A DNA stretch of 64,000 nt. It comes from Carcharhinus amblyrhynchos (taxonomy: Eukaryota). The translations under genes and the position numbers were made by a program. The stretch is taken from the NCBI GenBank assembly GCA_965287045.1, contig OZ336878.1, forward strand, positions 101,370,001 to 101,434,000. Reading direction: 5' to 3'. This document shows, in pieces, positions 26,090-38,949 of the stretch; positions within the stretch are counted from its first letter, which is position 1; each line of letters opens with the position of its first letter. The notes beneath the pieces are model-generated. The model was not told the origin of the DNA. It saw nothing but the letters and a program-made list of their open reading frames with translations, and ran no database searches.

Positions 26090-27451
26090 TTATCTTATGG
26101 AACCAATGATCTTGTATTGACACATGAGAAGATGCTTGAAGGTCTTCTTGAAGGTTGGATTACACAACGCGTAGCAAGCGGGGTTGACGGTGCTGTTGAT
26201 ATAACAGAGCCAGTATCCAATAGTCCAGACAGTGTAGGGGACACAGTTTGGATTAACAGTGTAAATGAGCACCATGACAAAGTATGGGCTCAAGGTGATG
26301 ACAAATGCCAGGAGAATAGCCAGGACAGTCCTAGTCACCTTCTTCTCTCGGGACGCAGCTCCCTTCCTCTTCTCAGCAGCTGTGCTCATAATTGTATTAG
26401 TTGTATTGTCTGCTCTGATGTCCCTGTCATTCCCATTCTTGCTGCTGACATCTGGCACAATCCTGGTTGTGGTGCCACATTCGGCACCCTTTTCTAATTT
26501 GCTAACTACATTTATGGAAGAGAATTTGGGGTTATCTATGCTGAAACCATTTGATGGGTTCACGCTGGTGCCAGCTGATTGACCATGAAGCCACTTCACT
26601 TCTTTATTACTAGTTAATAAATCTCCAGTTATATTGGCATTGTGCAGTTTGCCATGTGACAAACAATTGGTACCATCTGATTTGTTGTTATTGTTCGGCT
26701 CCATTGTGTTGTCTTGCCCTATAGATGGTGAAATGCTGCCCTTACTAGATTCGGGTTCCTTTTTATTCTCTTTCATTCGACTTTTGCTGGCACGAACTAA
26801 TTCCACGGACTGGATTACCATGATGAGAACATAAAGATAGAAGGTAGCGACGGCAGTGACAAAAATGATGGCTGGATTTGAGAGGAACTGTACATAACAC
26901 TCGCCCTCACTAACTGTCCGCTCTCCTACAATGAACTGCCAAAAGAGGATGGGAGGAACCCAGATCATAAATGGCACCACCCAAATAGCTACGATCATCA
27001 TCCCTGCCACCTTCGCTGTTCTCTTCACAGGGTAGGTTAGGGGCCTGGTCACACACAAATAACGGTCAAAGCTGATGACTAGAAGGTTTGTTGAAGAAAC
27101 ATTACTGACAAAATAATCCAGAGCGAGCCATAAGTCACATACCACTGGGCCCAATGGCCAGTAGCCCATGACAATGTAAGTGGTGTACAGGTTCATTGAG
27201 AATATGCCAATAATCATATCAGCGCAGGCCAAGCTGAAAAGAAAGTAATTGTTAATAGTTTGTAAATGTCTGTTTAGTTTGATAGAAACAATGACCAAAA
27301 TGTTTCCAATAATTGTCACCAAACTTAAAGCAACTGTCACAGTCAGAATGAGGACTACTTCGAACGTTTTGTAAGAACTCGCTCTTTTGCCGTCAAACAA
27401 TCCTGTTGGGTTGCTGAGCGATGCGTTGACCTCCGTTGGGTTTGCCATCAT
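26090..27451 (-). CDS. CHRM2: Muscarinic acetylcholine receptor M2-like GPCR, paralog B (453 aa)
   Basis: Intact ORF closely similar to paralog A, with DRY and NPACY motifs. Acceptor cttttcAG at 27475, 23 nt upstream of the ATG. Confidence 0.93.
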   Translation of the reverse strand: MMANPTEVNASLSNPTGLFDGKRASSYKTFEVVLILTVTVALSLVTIIGNILVIVSIKLNRHLQTINNYFLFSLACADMIIGIFSMNLYTTYIVMGYWPLGPVVCDLWLALDYFVSNVSSTNLLVISFDRYLCVTRPLTYPVKRTAKVAGMMIVAIWVVPFMIWVPPILFWQFIVGERTVSEGECYVQFLSNPAIIFVTAVATFYLYVLIMVIQSVELVRASKSRMKENKKEPESSKGSISPSIGQDNTMEPNNNNKSDGTNCLSHGKLHNANITGDLLTSNKEVKWLHGQSAGTSVNPSNGFSIDNPKFSSINVVSKLEKGAECGTTTRIVPDVSSKNGNDRDIRADNTTNTIMSTAAEKRKGAASREKKVTRTVLAILLAFVITLSPYFVMVLIYTVNPNCVPYTVWTIGYWLCYINSTVNPACYALCNPTFKKTFKHLLMCQYKIIGSIR

Positions 27452-29130
27452 TCACCTCTGATGTGTAGTTAGCACTGAAAAGGCAAAAATGCAGAAAATA
27501 AAAGAAAGAAAATATTAGAAATCATTGTGATGTATCAGAGTTCATAGTCAACTGGCATTTTTCAATCAGCAAGTACACAAAAAAAATTATCTGCTCTTAT
27601 AAACATCAATACCTTTGGCAGAAAGGCCTTGGTTTCAATTAGGAATCGCCTCTAAGATCACCTGTTGTACACTTAATTATGAATTCATTGTTAATTTCTT
27701 GCATGGAACTGATTGAAGATGATGATGAATGAATTTTTAAATATGCCTCTCGGAGTTCAAAAATTTATTGATTCATTATGACTCGGCTAAATACCTTTGA
27801 GGAGTTACATGATCTGGATTTCACCTCTGAGAGGGAGAGAGCAATCTGAACTTGAATAGTTTCAAACATTTCAAAGCAGAAATTTATGTGGTTAAGTTAA
27901 TAAAGGCTCGATACCAATTTCATTATTGTAATACGATAGTCATATAACTTGCATCTTACATGAGAATTGTGCTGAATACAAACGTGAGGATAATTTTTAA
28001 AGGAGAACTTTGAAGGCAATTGTAGGAATGCATGCCAAGGTTTCAAATGACAGTAATTGTCCTTGAAGCTGGTGATGTTAATTTTTTTCTAAGCTGTGCA
28101 TTAATTAATATTTAAATCACAATTTGAGTAGCCCATTCAGCCGATTTGGTGATGGAATATGAATTCACGGCACTGGGGAGGAATGGTGCAGAATGGAAAA
28201 AGTGTGTCAGCAATAATAGGAAGTGGAAAGAGGTAGGTGAGAGGGGAAGGCAGAATGAGAGATAAAATCAGGAGAAAGTAAGTGATAGAAAAGGATACAG
28301 GGAGAACGGACATAGGGAGGTGGAGAATGAGTTGAAAACAGAGCAAGAGGGGAAACTAGATGCCAAAATCAAAGCTAAGCTTGTTAAATAGTGCAATATA
28401 TTTTTGAGCCAGCATTTCAAATATGCACAATGGATTCAGACACCTTCAGGAAAAAGGGGCAATGTCATTGCTTCCACACTTTTTTTAAATAAAGTGCACA
28501 TCGGAAAATAAGCTGAGCAATACAACAAACAAAAACATTGAGAAATAACCTGTTTTATGTTTATTGGAATGTGCCCTGCAAAAAAGAAAAATGGCAACAA
28601 CAATATATTTATTTCCGACTGATCTTCACAAAACACAAGTCACTACATTATATGAATAACGTTGATCAACAGCTTTGCAAGCAACCTCAACAAGTCATAT
28701 CGTTCAGGGACAAGGGAAAAATGATCTTTGCACCACCTCATGTAATGAACGAATGGAAGAAGTTTGTTTGGTTCTTTTATAGGTGAACTGACGGCTCCCC
28801 GACTTGTTGGGAGGGTCCAAGGCCAGCTAACAAAAGTAGCCACTTGTCACACTGCCGCAGGAATCTCAGGCAGTTTAACTAAAAGCCCTTCAGTCCACTG
28901 AACTTCCATTAAGTAAAGTCCATCCATTAGGCATGACAATTAGGACCATGGAGTCAGGAAAGCTACAGGTTATATAAGTGGCATAGTTACATATTGGCCC
29001 TGTTTTCAAACTACGCTGCAGTCTATAAAATTCCACGTTAGGAGAACTTTTCTCAATTTTCCCTTTCTAAATGCTATGTATTTCTTATTAATTTCGTTTG
29101 TTTAAAAGCTATTTCTGATTATTAAAAAAT

Positions 29131-29395
29131 GTTATGTCCTAATCAGCTCATCCTCTACTGCTACTCAATTGTCCTCATTCAGAATTCAGAATACTTTTGT
29201 GATTTTGCTTCTGCTGCATTCTCCCCCCATGTGCCCCAATTCCTGCCCCAAATCCCAATTATTCACATTGGTTGAACTGAAGGTGTACATTTGCCAGAGC
29301 AGGGCAGACAGATTAGTCTATGATTAGCATCTTAGTGTGTTGCAGAATGTTCAGGGTAAACCATAACAATTTTGGCAGATTATCACAAGAGATTA
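29131..29395 (+). repeat. About 265-bp direct repeat, copy 1 (copy 2 at about 34649-34913)
   Basis: ttatgtcctaatca.ctcatcct...ttggcagattatcaca.gagatta matches at both sites. Confidence 0.85.
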
Positions 29396-30099
29396 TATGA
29401 AAGAATTGGATATGAAATATCAACATTGGCCTGTGTTTTCTTTCCACAGTGTCTGGTTCCCGGACTGTAATCCCAGCATCTGTTCTCTTACAAATTCTTA
29501 TTCAAACCTTGCTAGGAATTAGTTGAGGTAAATTTCCATAAACTTTTGTCTAATCCAACGTTTCAAATCAATCTGTGATCACTTGGCAAAATCAGGCACC
29601 ACCCAATTCGATCATTGTTGATTGGTGTCTCTAATTCTTTTTACTGCTTTTACACCAGAGTCCCACCTACCGCAATCAGTTGTGGTCTAAGGTTGACCAT
29701 AACTTCCCTAGTGTTCAACTCCTTCCCTCTACAACCAAAGCCTTGTCATGCTTTTCCATTTTTATGATGTTGCCAAGCTATGGTTCATCTTTTAGTCTTT
29801 TAGAAGAAGGTCCATTATTGCATCCTACTTAGATTTGGAACTTTCTAGAAATATGAGTTTGTTCATGTTCTTAATAAATCATTCCACCACACATGTTTTT
29901 GTTGTCAGATTTCATTTGCCAATTATTTCCCACTCTTCAAGTTGAACAATGCCCTTCTGAAAGCTATTGCAGTCTTCCTCAGTTTGGACTTGATCCCTCA
30001 CTTTGGCGCCCGTCACCCCAAGCCCACCCCATCCATGTGGGAGAGTTGATTGAACTTGCAATGAAGTGGAGGGTGACAGCGGAAATTGTTCAGTTCTTG

Positions 30100-31007
30100 T
30101 TACCATTTAATCAATTTAACAAGTTGAGTAAATGGATATTTGAACATATTCATCAACTGCTCTCTAAACTCGTTTTGAGTCACAGCATAGATAAAAGGGT
30201 TTGTACAGCAACTCAGGAGCTGCAGCATGAATCCTATTTCCTCAACAAATTGAGGTAACAGTCCAGATTCATATCCTATGAACAGTGATATAGCCCATGT
30301 GTAATACACTGCATACATTGCCCATAAGAGGATGAAATTTGCAGAGATGACAAACAGTAAAACAATAGATTTTCTTTGACTTTCCATCTCTGGGACACTG
30401 GGACTCTCACCACCGTTGCGACCCTGGATTCTTCTACGGGCTATATTTGACAATAAAATGTGTCTAATGCTGAAAACATTGAGCAGCACAATCAGAGCAA
30501 ATGGAACACCCGGGGTGAGAATGTAGTGAAGGATTACAATTGTTAACCAGAATGGTGAGTCCAAAATGTTCCTTGGCACAGAACAAAACCAGGTGGCGTT
30601 CCACAGCCGATACCTATCTGAAAATATAAAATACCACGCAATCGCTTTCAAACCACTCAGTGAAGTCACTGTTCCCAAAGCCAGCGCTGCAGTTTTCTTG
30701 GTGCAATATTTCCTTTTCAGCTTCTGGCAACAAATGGCCACAAATCGATCAAAGATGAAAGTGATGGTGAACCAGACAGAACAGTCTATGGCTGCATAAA
30801 GCAGGGCACTGTGGATATTACACTTGGGGATGGAGTACACAAAAAGCAACTCTTGTTGATCAATAACTGGAATGTGCCTCATCATCAGGTCGGTAATAAT
30901 TATAATAACCAGTAGATCTGCTGCTGCCATGGCCACCAGATAGCAGGTCACACAATTGGAGAGCCCACACCTCCCCCGGAAGAGGATCACAATTGTCACT
31001 ACGTTAA
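30100..31007 (-). CDS. GPR139: GPR139-like GPCR, exon 2 (intact; 329 aa with exon 1)
   Basis: Open frame VNVVTIVILFRGRCGLS..LVAMAAADLL..DCSVWFTITFIFDRF..YCTKKTA..RKSIVLLFVIS..LQLLSCCTNPFIYAVTQ. Acceptor cacAG at 31008. 908 nt plus the 82-nt exon 1 gives 990 nt. Confidence 0.9.
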
Positions 31008-33112
31008 CTGTGAGGAGGAGATACAAACAAGGACATTTTCCATCAGGTTGGAAGCAGAGTCACCAGTTTCGTTGATTACTTTCTGACACATGAAAACATT
31101 TTTATTCTATTTAGTGATATGTTGAATTGTTTCTACTCTGTTTCGCTGCACTGTCCTACTGGCTTATATTTTCCCTACTCTTTTAAAAGAACACATCCAC
31201 ATACGATCAATTGGGAAAAGACTGAAATTATCAAAAATAAATGCCTAGACAAAATATGACTTGTCCTGATCATGCAACATCTGTATACTGTTTATGATAA
31301 TGCAATTTGTGCACATACAGAGGATCAGCTCCATGTGCACATGGGAATTCTAGCCTATGCTTAGAGCATGTTGTCCTTCACAATTACTCCCAATAAAAAC
31401 TGTATTCGTTGGGCAAAGCGTTATCTCAGTTTGTGAATCGGATTTAACAGCACCCTATTGGAAACAGTTAGCAAATTTTGATTCTTTACATCTTTGACGA
31501 CAGGCGACATATCTCTGGATTTTGAGCTCAGCGAATTCATTGAAACGTAGGTTCAAACTTTGGTTGACTAACATAATGGACATAATATATCACAACAACC
31601 TGAAGAAGCAGGCTACTCAGTAACAAAGTCTGTATTCTCAGTACATCACTGTATGGCGATGAAATATGTCCAATTTGTACCTAACAAGAACCAATTGGGT
31701 CCAACACCAATGTCTATGACACAGGTATGAGTTGGGTGGATGGGTGTCAAAGTCACCTGTGAAGTTTCCCTTCATAGAACAAGCACCGCAGGAATGCTAG
31801 CACCAATCAAGCAAAGGAGGGGGTTAATGACGTTGGCCTATGCATTGGAAGCACGATGGCTATATCTTTAAGGATATGCTATGCAGAGAGATAGCCTCTG
31901 CCAGAATAACAGAGGGCAAGCAAATTTTCAATTCAGGGATGACGTGACAAAGACATGAAAGCACTCAACCAGGATCAGGACCAGTGAGAATCTCTGGCCT
32001 CTGATCGATGCAAATGGTTACATCAGCATGGGCAGGGGATACAGTCTTGCAGAAGGTTGCCCACAAAAATGGCAAGAGTCAACCTCATGGGTGGCAACTG
32101 AGGCAGACTTTCCCTTTGCAGAATTGGTGTGTTCACCTTCAGAAAAATTGCAGCAAGCGATCTGATCTGGCCCTCATCACAGTTCTTATGCTGCATTCCC
32201 TTCACCCCTCATTGATAGAAGCCTGCAAACCCGATACCAATAATGATGTGTGTTTGTGACCGTGTTTCCTGCTGGAGGCAGTGGCTGCCTTTCAATGAGA
32301 GCAATCATTACATTGAATTTCGTATTTGGGGTGAAATAACACACGAACAGTTCATACAAGATCAGGTATAGTTTCCTGCAGATCTGACTCTTCGTTTTTG
32401 TTCTGGTTGAAGGAGTTGATTGTTGCAGCAAAAATGAAAGACGATCAGAAATATTTACGGTAAATGATGGATAGAATCATCTCCGTGGGACTGATTAACC
32501 CACGCAGTGCTAACCACACGCAGTGCTAACCACAGTGCCGCCCTTATCTGAAACAAAAACCGATAATGCCAATGAAGTTCAGTAGGTCTGGCAGCATCTG
32601 TGCAGTGAGAGGATAGAGTTCGAGACTGTATGACTCGAACTCTGAAATGGGGTCACACTGACCCGAAATGTTAACTCTATTTTATCTCTCCACAAATGCC
32701 CCCAGTCCTGCTGAGCTTTTCAGAATCGCTGTAGTAAGTGAAACATCTGAAAGAAGAGATGCCGCGTTGTGAGCTGGACAGCAGGAGATGGATTCTGAGC
32801 CATCAGCACAAACCAAATCAACACTTCTTTATGTTCTCGCGGAATCGGATTTCTAATCTGCGTTGGGGTTTTTAATATTATGAAGGCAGGGCGGGGGAGC
32901 AACGGTCAAATTGAGAATGTGCCATACTTTGAGTTCAGAATGAAGCAAATATTGTTTAATAATCAATGCAAATCAAATTAAACATCATCCAGAGCAGAAT
33001 GCAAGAATTTCACTGAATCAACCGAAGATCTGAATCTACTGATTAAAATGATGAGAAGATTAATGCAGTGGGACATGGATTGTATAATTAATAGTCGGAT
33101 ACACAGACTTAC

Positions 33113-33194
33113 CAGGGATGCCGACAGCAGCAAGGAGAGGATAGCAGACCTTCTCTAAGTCAAGGAAGAAGAAGATTATCTTCCACTGGTCCAT
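33113..33194 (-). CDS. GPR139: GPR139-like GPCR, exon 1 (MDQWKIIFFFLDLEKVCYPLLAAVGIP)
   Basis: ATG at 33194, phase-1 donor CCTG|GTAAGT, in frame with exon 2. Intron is about 2.1 kb. Confidence 0.85.
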
Positions 33195-33949
33195 TCCTGT
33201 GGAGCCACTGTTCCTGGTTACTGTTGGCGGTGAGGCTCCCACTGACAAGAAGAGATAAAACAAAGCGAAAAGAGGCCTTTATGAATAGAAGAGTGAGACC
33301 ACCAGAGACACATATTGGTTCTACAGAGACTGATATTAATTGACTCACTAAACAAACAGGTTCAGTTAACTCCTTTCAATCCGCCAGTTAGTAACACAGC
33401 GTATCTTTGACCAGTATGAAATGTGTGCCAGACTCGCAAATTTAACCACGCCTAAGCCAAAACGCATTCCGCTTTTTTGTCATTATGTCTCATGAGAGAA
33501 TAGTTTGATCCGTGGCACTCAACTCTGCGTTAAGCATCTCTAGGGGCGAATCAGGATCCAATTCTGTTCTCCTTCCATGTTCTATAGTTGTATTGTATGT
33601 AATATTGCTAAATTAAATGCATCAACTTGAGATCTCAGAATCAGTATGAATGACATTAAAAGATGGTGTTACACTTTCCATCCGCGATGCAGTGGAAACA
33701 GTTTACCGAATTAATAGCTACATGTAGAGACTTCCAATGTCACCAACACGATCAGTAAATACGAATACTTGAAGAGGAAATATATTATTCTTGCCTCAAA
33801 TCAGAGACTTTCTTTCACATTCTTCCACAAGCTTTAATTATAATTCATGGCACACTGAAATTAAATCACAATCACACAATTTATCCCAATCTATTTGCCC
33901 TGAAACATCATCCCATAGGCATCCAAAAAAGATACCAACTGCAGGAGTG

Positions 33950-34375
33950 TCATCCCGTGAAGGATGGACAAGTGTGGTTTGTATCCACTGGGGTTTAGAA
34001 AAGTAAGAGGCGACCCGATCAAAAGCTTTAAGATGCTGAAGCGGATTGATAAATTGGATGTGGAGAGGATGTTTCAAGTTGCGGAGAATCTAGAAATAGG
34101 GTTCACTATTTCAAATTAGAAGGGCGCTCATGTAACATGGAGACGAGGCTGGTGAATCCCTGGATCTCCGTTCCTCAAAAGGCGGTGGGAGCAATAAGTA
34201 TTGTGAAGGCTGAGTTTAATAGATTCTTAATTAAAACGAAAGGGGGGGGGGGGGAGGTTACCAGGGGAAGTCATGAATGTGGGGTTCAATTTACAATTGG
34301 AGAATCATGATCTTATTGAATGGCAGCACAGGCTCAAGTGGCCTCATGCCCTACTCCTGCTCCGAATCTATATGT
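33950..34375 (+). mobile_element. Degenerate CR1 3' fragment
   Basis: CR1-type ORF2 end and tail (catgatcttattgaatggcagcacaggctc..cctactcctgctcc). Confidence 0.7.
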
Positions 34376-34648
34376 TCATCCGTGAGCCGTGCTTGGACAG
34401 GGAGGCTAACAGAAGAAGGTGTTAGTAATTGTAAGTAAAAAGGGGGAAACGGAAACTAAAGTATTGAACCTGACTTTGCCCTGGTTAAGTTGCAAAATGA
34501 GGAAGTACTTAAAAGTTTATAAGTAATGTTCAGTTACTTTCGGAGAAACTATCGAAATGATTTACAAAAGCTGTTGCAGACACAAAAAGATATTTGTGGG
34601 TGGAGGCCGGGGACGACACTTTGCAATACGTGATGTTGATGTGTGGGG

Positions 34649-34913
34649 TTATGTCCTAATCAACTCATCCTTTGCGGCGACTCAATTGTCCTCATTCAGA
34701 ATTCAGAATACTTCTGTGATTTTGCTTCTTCTGCATTCTCCCTCTGTGCACCCAACACTCCGTCCCTAAATCCCAATTATTCTCATTGGTTGAACTGAAG
34801 GCGTGCACTTGCCAGAGCAGGGCAGACAGATTAGTCTAGGACTAACATGTTAGGGTATTGCAGAATGTACAGAGTAAATCATGATAATGTTTGGCAGATT
34901 ATCACAGGAGATT
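34649..34913 (+). repeat. About 265-bp direct repeat, copy 2
   Basis: Matches 29131-29395. Confidence 0.85.
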
Positions 34914-35267
34914 ACCTCCACATTCGTTAAATCCTATAAAATTGGCTCAAGTGTGGAAATAAATTTAACGCAAACTTCAAAATGACAAAAGAGAGGCCAG
35001 TCTCAGAAATTGGAGTTCACACATTGTAATGGTGCCAAAACCAGATGGACCACAAAGCCTCTCTATGACCACTGCAAAGCGAGAGCAGTAACAATGGAGT
35101 AACTCGTATCCATTTGCACAGTTTGAAGATTCCATCGAAAGAGCCAGACAGACAGTACTTACTACGAAAAAAAATGACTTACTTTGAGGGTACTGGCAAA
35201 TATCATCATCGGAATATACAGAAGAGATATCGGGCAAGATCCTTCAGCCTCCCAGTTGCATGTTTCA

Positions 35268-35304
35268 CTCATCTGATGAAGGAGCAGCGCTCCGAAAGCT
35301 CGTG
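35268..35304 (+). ncRNA. Minimal hammerhead ribozyme-like motif in a Penelope terminal-repeat fragment (about 35260-35392)
   Basis: cat CTGATGA a GGAGC-agc-GCTCC GAAA gc TC gtg: core boxes, 5-bp stem II and short palindromic stem III as in PLE-associated hammerheads. Confidence 0.55.
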
Positions 35305-35769
35305 ATTCCAAATAACGCTGTTGGACTTTAACCTGGTTTGTGAGACTTCTTACTGTGCCCACCTCAGTCCAACGCCATCATCTCCCACATCATTTCTATT
35401 AATATCGTGACTGATGTGAAGTAATACTTTGAAATGAATATCTTATGAATAGAACTCTGTCTGATGACAGCACTAGTGATCATGGAGCCTAATATTGTTT
35501 ACATTCACTTAACAAGCCACTCAGTTGTATCCCTAATTGAAGCAACGCTTCTATATCACCATATAGGTGTGACCAGATGGGAAGTTAGAAATTTCCAGCC
35601 CACAACATAATACTCGAAGCTGCAGGAATTTAACAAGGAGTTGTTTCAGAAGTGAGGAGGTGCTGTTCCACTGGAATCATTGCACACCAGGACAAATTCT
35701 GCATCACAATCACAATCTTGGCGAGGGTGCAGTCGTCCTGCAATGCCATCCAGAAGGCGGCTAATAATG

Positions 35770-36200
35770 AAACCAGCACCAGGAATGCCGTCTCATTGAG
35801 GATGGGCAGGTTGGCTTTGTATTCACTGGAGCTTAGAAGAGTAAAAACAGGTTTAATCCTACCTTTGAGATCTGAGATGCCTTTCCAGGATGGATGTGCA
35901 GAAGAAGTTCCCTCTTGTGCAAGATTCTAGAACTAAGGGTCACTGTTTAAGAATAAGGAATCACACAATTAAGACAAATAAAATAAGAATTTCCTTTCTC
36001 TCAGAGAGTGGTGAATCTCTTGAACTCAGTCTGTCAGTGGAAGCACAATATTTGATTTGATTGTTTTACTGCAGGGCTAGCTTGATGGGCAAGGAGATGA
36101 AAGGTCTGGAAGGTGTATGGCGCCAATGTGAAGTTAAGGTGACAATCAGGCTCTTGAAAGGTCAAGTGATATTCCTCTTCTCCTCATTTCTAGTTATTAG
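35770..36200 (+). mobile_element. Old CR1 3' fragment
   Basis: RMGRLALYSLELRR and ttctctcagagagtggtgaatctcttgaactc. Confidence 0.6.
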
Positions 36201-37538
36201 TATGTAGGTATGATAGTTCAGATAGGTGCAGGGGTGGGGAAGGGGATTGCTGTGGGCATTTACAAGTCAGGGAGCCTGTATCATTGGATGGAATGCAGTC
36301 CTACTGGTGCCATTGACACTTCTGCAAGGATAGCTCTTGCCTGCTGAAACTGCTGCTACGGTCAGGCATGGAGGATGTGCTAGAGGCATTGCCACACACC
36401 AGCTCTCAGGAAACAAACTCTATTTGTCAATTGCCTCAAGGAGGCCTGTTCGTCAGTGTGAAGATGTTCAGCAGAGTTTCCAATCAACCAACAACTGCGC
36501 ACAGAATTGTTCAAATTGATTGGAAGATCTGGTCTGACACAACTGTACAAAATATCTCCAGCCTGATCACCCAGGGAGGTGGACAGGGACCTGTTGGAAT
36601 CCTGAACTCTCTCATTTCAAAACTTACTCCCAGCTTCGCCTCCCCACCTATACACCCTCAGCCAATCAATCCAAATTTCCCAGCCCATCACCATCCAACC
36701 ACCCTCCCAGCCCCGCTGTGTGTGATTGAGACATATTAATACTGAAGCTATACATGGATTCGAGGATTCAATACTGAACCCTACTGTGATGCAGAAGGAT
36801 ATTTACTCTGCTGATGTAAAAGCTCAGAGGGGATGAGAGAAAAGAACAATGGGATAATTAGAAATATGCCAACAAATTTGGAGAATCCAAGTCAGAGGGA
36901 ATTTGGAATCTAACCTCCTGAAAGTGGTCAAGCATTACTCACAAAAACTGTCGGCTATGAGGTGAGAAAATGTGTTTCTGTTAATATTGTTGATTTTACA
37001 TCAGGTCTTGGTATCTCCTTCGTTTTTCATTTAATCATTCTGAAAGCTTTTTATATCTCTGGCGTTATACAACTCTGTTTTGTTAATGAGCATCTTCATA
37101 ACAAACAAACTCCTATACTATGATCAAGTAGCAATCCAAATTTCAGGGTTAAGGATTTCTGATCTCTACTGACTCACTAGGCTAAACATATTGAAGCTAC
37201 GAACAGCTGCAAAAACACCATTGCATTTTGCAAACATGCCTTTTGCATTTGGTGACAGATTTTACCTGAGCACTTATTCCCCAGGACACGAGTCTTTCCA
37301 TTGCAGCGGAGGCCTTCCAAGAATCTACGGCCCCCAATTTAACTCATTTAATGTAAATGTAGTGAGTTGCTGCTGTTCAGTTAACATTAAACTTAACCTG
37401 ACAGAGACTAACACTGACAGAGATTAGGAATTGATGAAAAAAATCCATTTGTTGCAATGGTTTCAGCCTGAGCCACATGACTGTGAATTATTCGAAGATC
37501 ACAAGAAGCAATCAACAGATTTAAATGTAATTGTATCA

Positions 37539-37612
37539 GGCTCTGTGGCGTAGTTGGTTAAAGCACTGGCCTCGTGAGCAGGTGATCTTGGGTTCAAATC
37601 CAAATAGTTCCT
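37539..37612 (+). pseudogene. tRNA-Thr(CGT)-derived pseudogene
   Basis: GGCTCTGTGGCGTAGTTGGTTAAAGC..CT CGT GA..GATCTTGGGTTCAAATCC closely follows vertebrate tRNA-Thr(CGT). Anticodon, T and acceptor stems carry mismatches. Confidence 0.7.
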
Positions 37613-37659
37613 TCATCACATTCTAGTAACGTATTGCACAGGGCGTAATATCCCTCTCT

Positions 37660-37812
37660 TTTTGATAAGAGAGGGGATTAAGGGTTATGGGGAGAGGGCG
37701 GGAAAGTGGAACTGAGCCACGACAGATCAGCCATGATCTTATTGAATGGCGGGGCAGGCTCGAAGGGCTAGATGGCCTACTCCTGCTCCTATTTCTCATG
37801 TTCTTATGTTCA
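37660..37812 (+). mobile_element. CR1 3' tail
   Basis: aagggttatggggagagggcgggaaagtggaactgag..gatcagccatgatcttattgaatggcgg..ctcctatttctcatgttcttatgt. Confidence 0.8.
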
Positions 37813-38132
37813 ATATCTATAAGTTTGTTCTACAAAATAACAAATGTGTTTATATCTAATGAATTCAGGAAGAATAGTAAAAAATGTGATCGTGGTTATC
37901 CATGCAAGAAACACTGTGTGTATTGAGTGATTTGAAGCAGTGGGAGCTTCCTCAGTTCTCTGGTGAGGGCAGGTCGTTGTCTAATATTCACCAAACCACG
38001 GTTAAATGTCATGATTCCTTCCACTCTGGACTTGATGTGGAAACAGACTTGGAGTTTGCCTCAGCTAGAAGAGGAATTGAACTCTGTATTGTTTGCATTA
38101 ATCTACTCCATAGTCCAGACCTCAGAACCAAA

Positions 38133-38467
38133 CATAGAATAGAATCCCTACAGTGCAGAAGGATCCATTCAGCCCATCAAGCCTGCACTGACAATAATCC
38201 CATCCAGGTCCTTGCCCCGTAACCTCATGTAGTTACCCTGCTAATTCCCCTGACACTATGGGATATTTTTGTTGCAACCTAACCTACACATCTTTGGGCT
38301 GTGGGAAGAAACTAGAGCACTAGGAGGAAACACACTCCTAGACCCTAGAGCACTAGGAGTGTCCAGGCAGGGGGAGACTGTACAAACTCCACACAGACAG
38401 TGATCTGAGACCAGTTCCCTGGCACTGTGAGGCAGCAGTGATAACAACTGTTCTACTGTGTTGCCAC
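38133..38467 (-). mobile_element. HE1-type (V-SINE) tRNA-derived SINE
   Basis: catagaatagaatccctacagtgcagaa tail and aaactccacacagacagtga..ggcactgtgaggcagcagtg head (reverse). Confidence 0.75.
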
Positions 38468-38949
38468 TAATCATTCCAGCCCTCGCCCTTATATTACAAT
38501 GTAGTGTAGAATGTGAACTAAAATCCCAGATTGGGACTACCATTCTTTCGTCACCATGGACTAAGCGGATCATGTGATTGCTATCCCCTTCACAATTATT
38601 CAGACTCTGTACCACAGGCCTATAGTGGCAGCTGTGCAAAGCATCTACAAGGTGCACTGCAGGAAATCGTCAATAATCCTTAGACAGCACTTTCCAAACA
38701 TATGAACTCGATCATCTAGAAGGGGAAAGGCAACAGATAGCTAGCAACATCACTGTCTGCTCACCACATCAAAATGACCCTCATCTGAACACAATGAAGC
38801 TATTGGCCGAGGGCACTTTAAATGTATGTTTTGAGAATGTCGCGATGGACCTCTTCCAAGTGAACACAGGATAACATGGGAGCAGTTTACAATATTTCAT
38901 TCATGATACAGGGCTAGACAGAATTACCTCAAACATACAACGGTAGCAG

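Larger units (their letters stand above)
23020..33510. repeat. Segmental duplication unit B
   Basis: Colinear with unit A at an offset of about 23 kb. Confidence 0.85.

Noticed and set aside
31008-31026. ATG at 31026 as the GPR139-like start
   Set aside because: It lies in the intron's polypyrimidine tract and would lack half of TM1. Exon 1 at 33113-33194 supplies the start.
37539-37612. Functional tRNA-Thr gene
   Set aside because: Several stem mismatches, a changed T-loop (TTCAAAT) and insertional context indicate a pseudogene.
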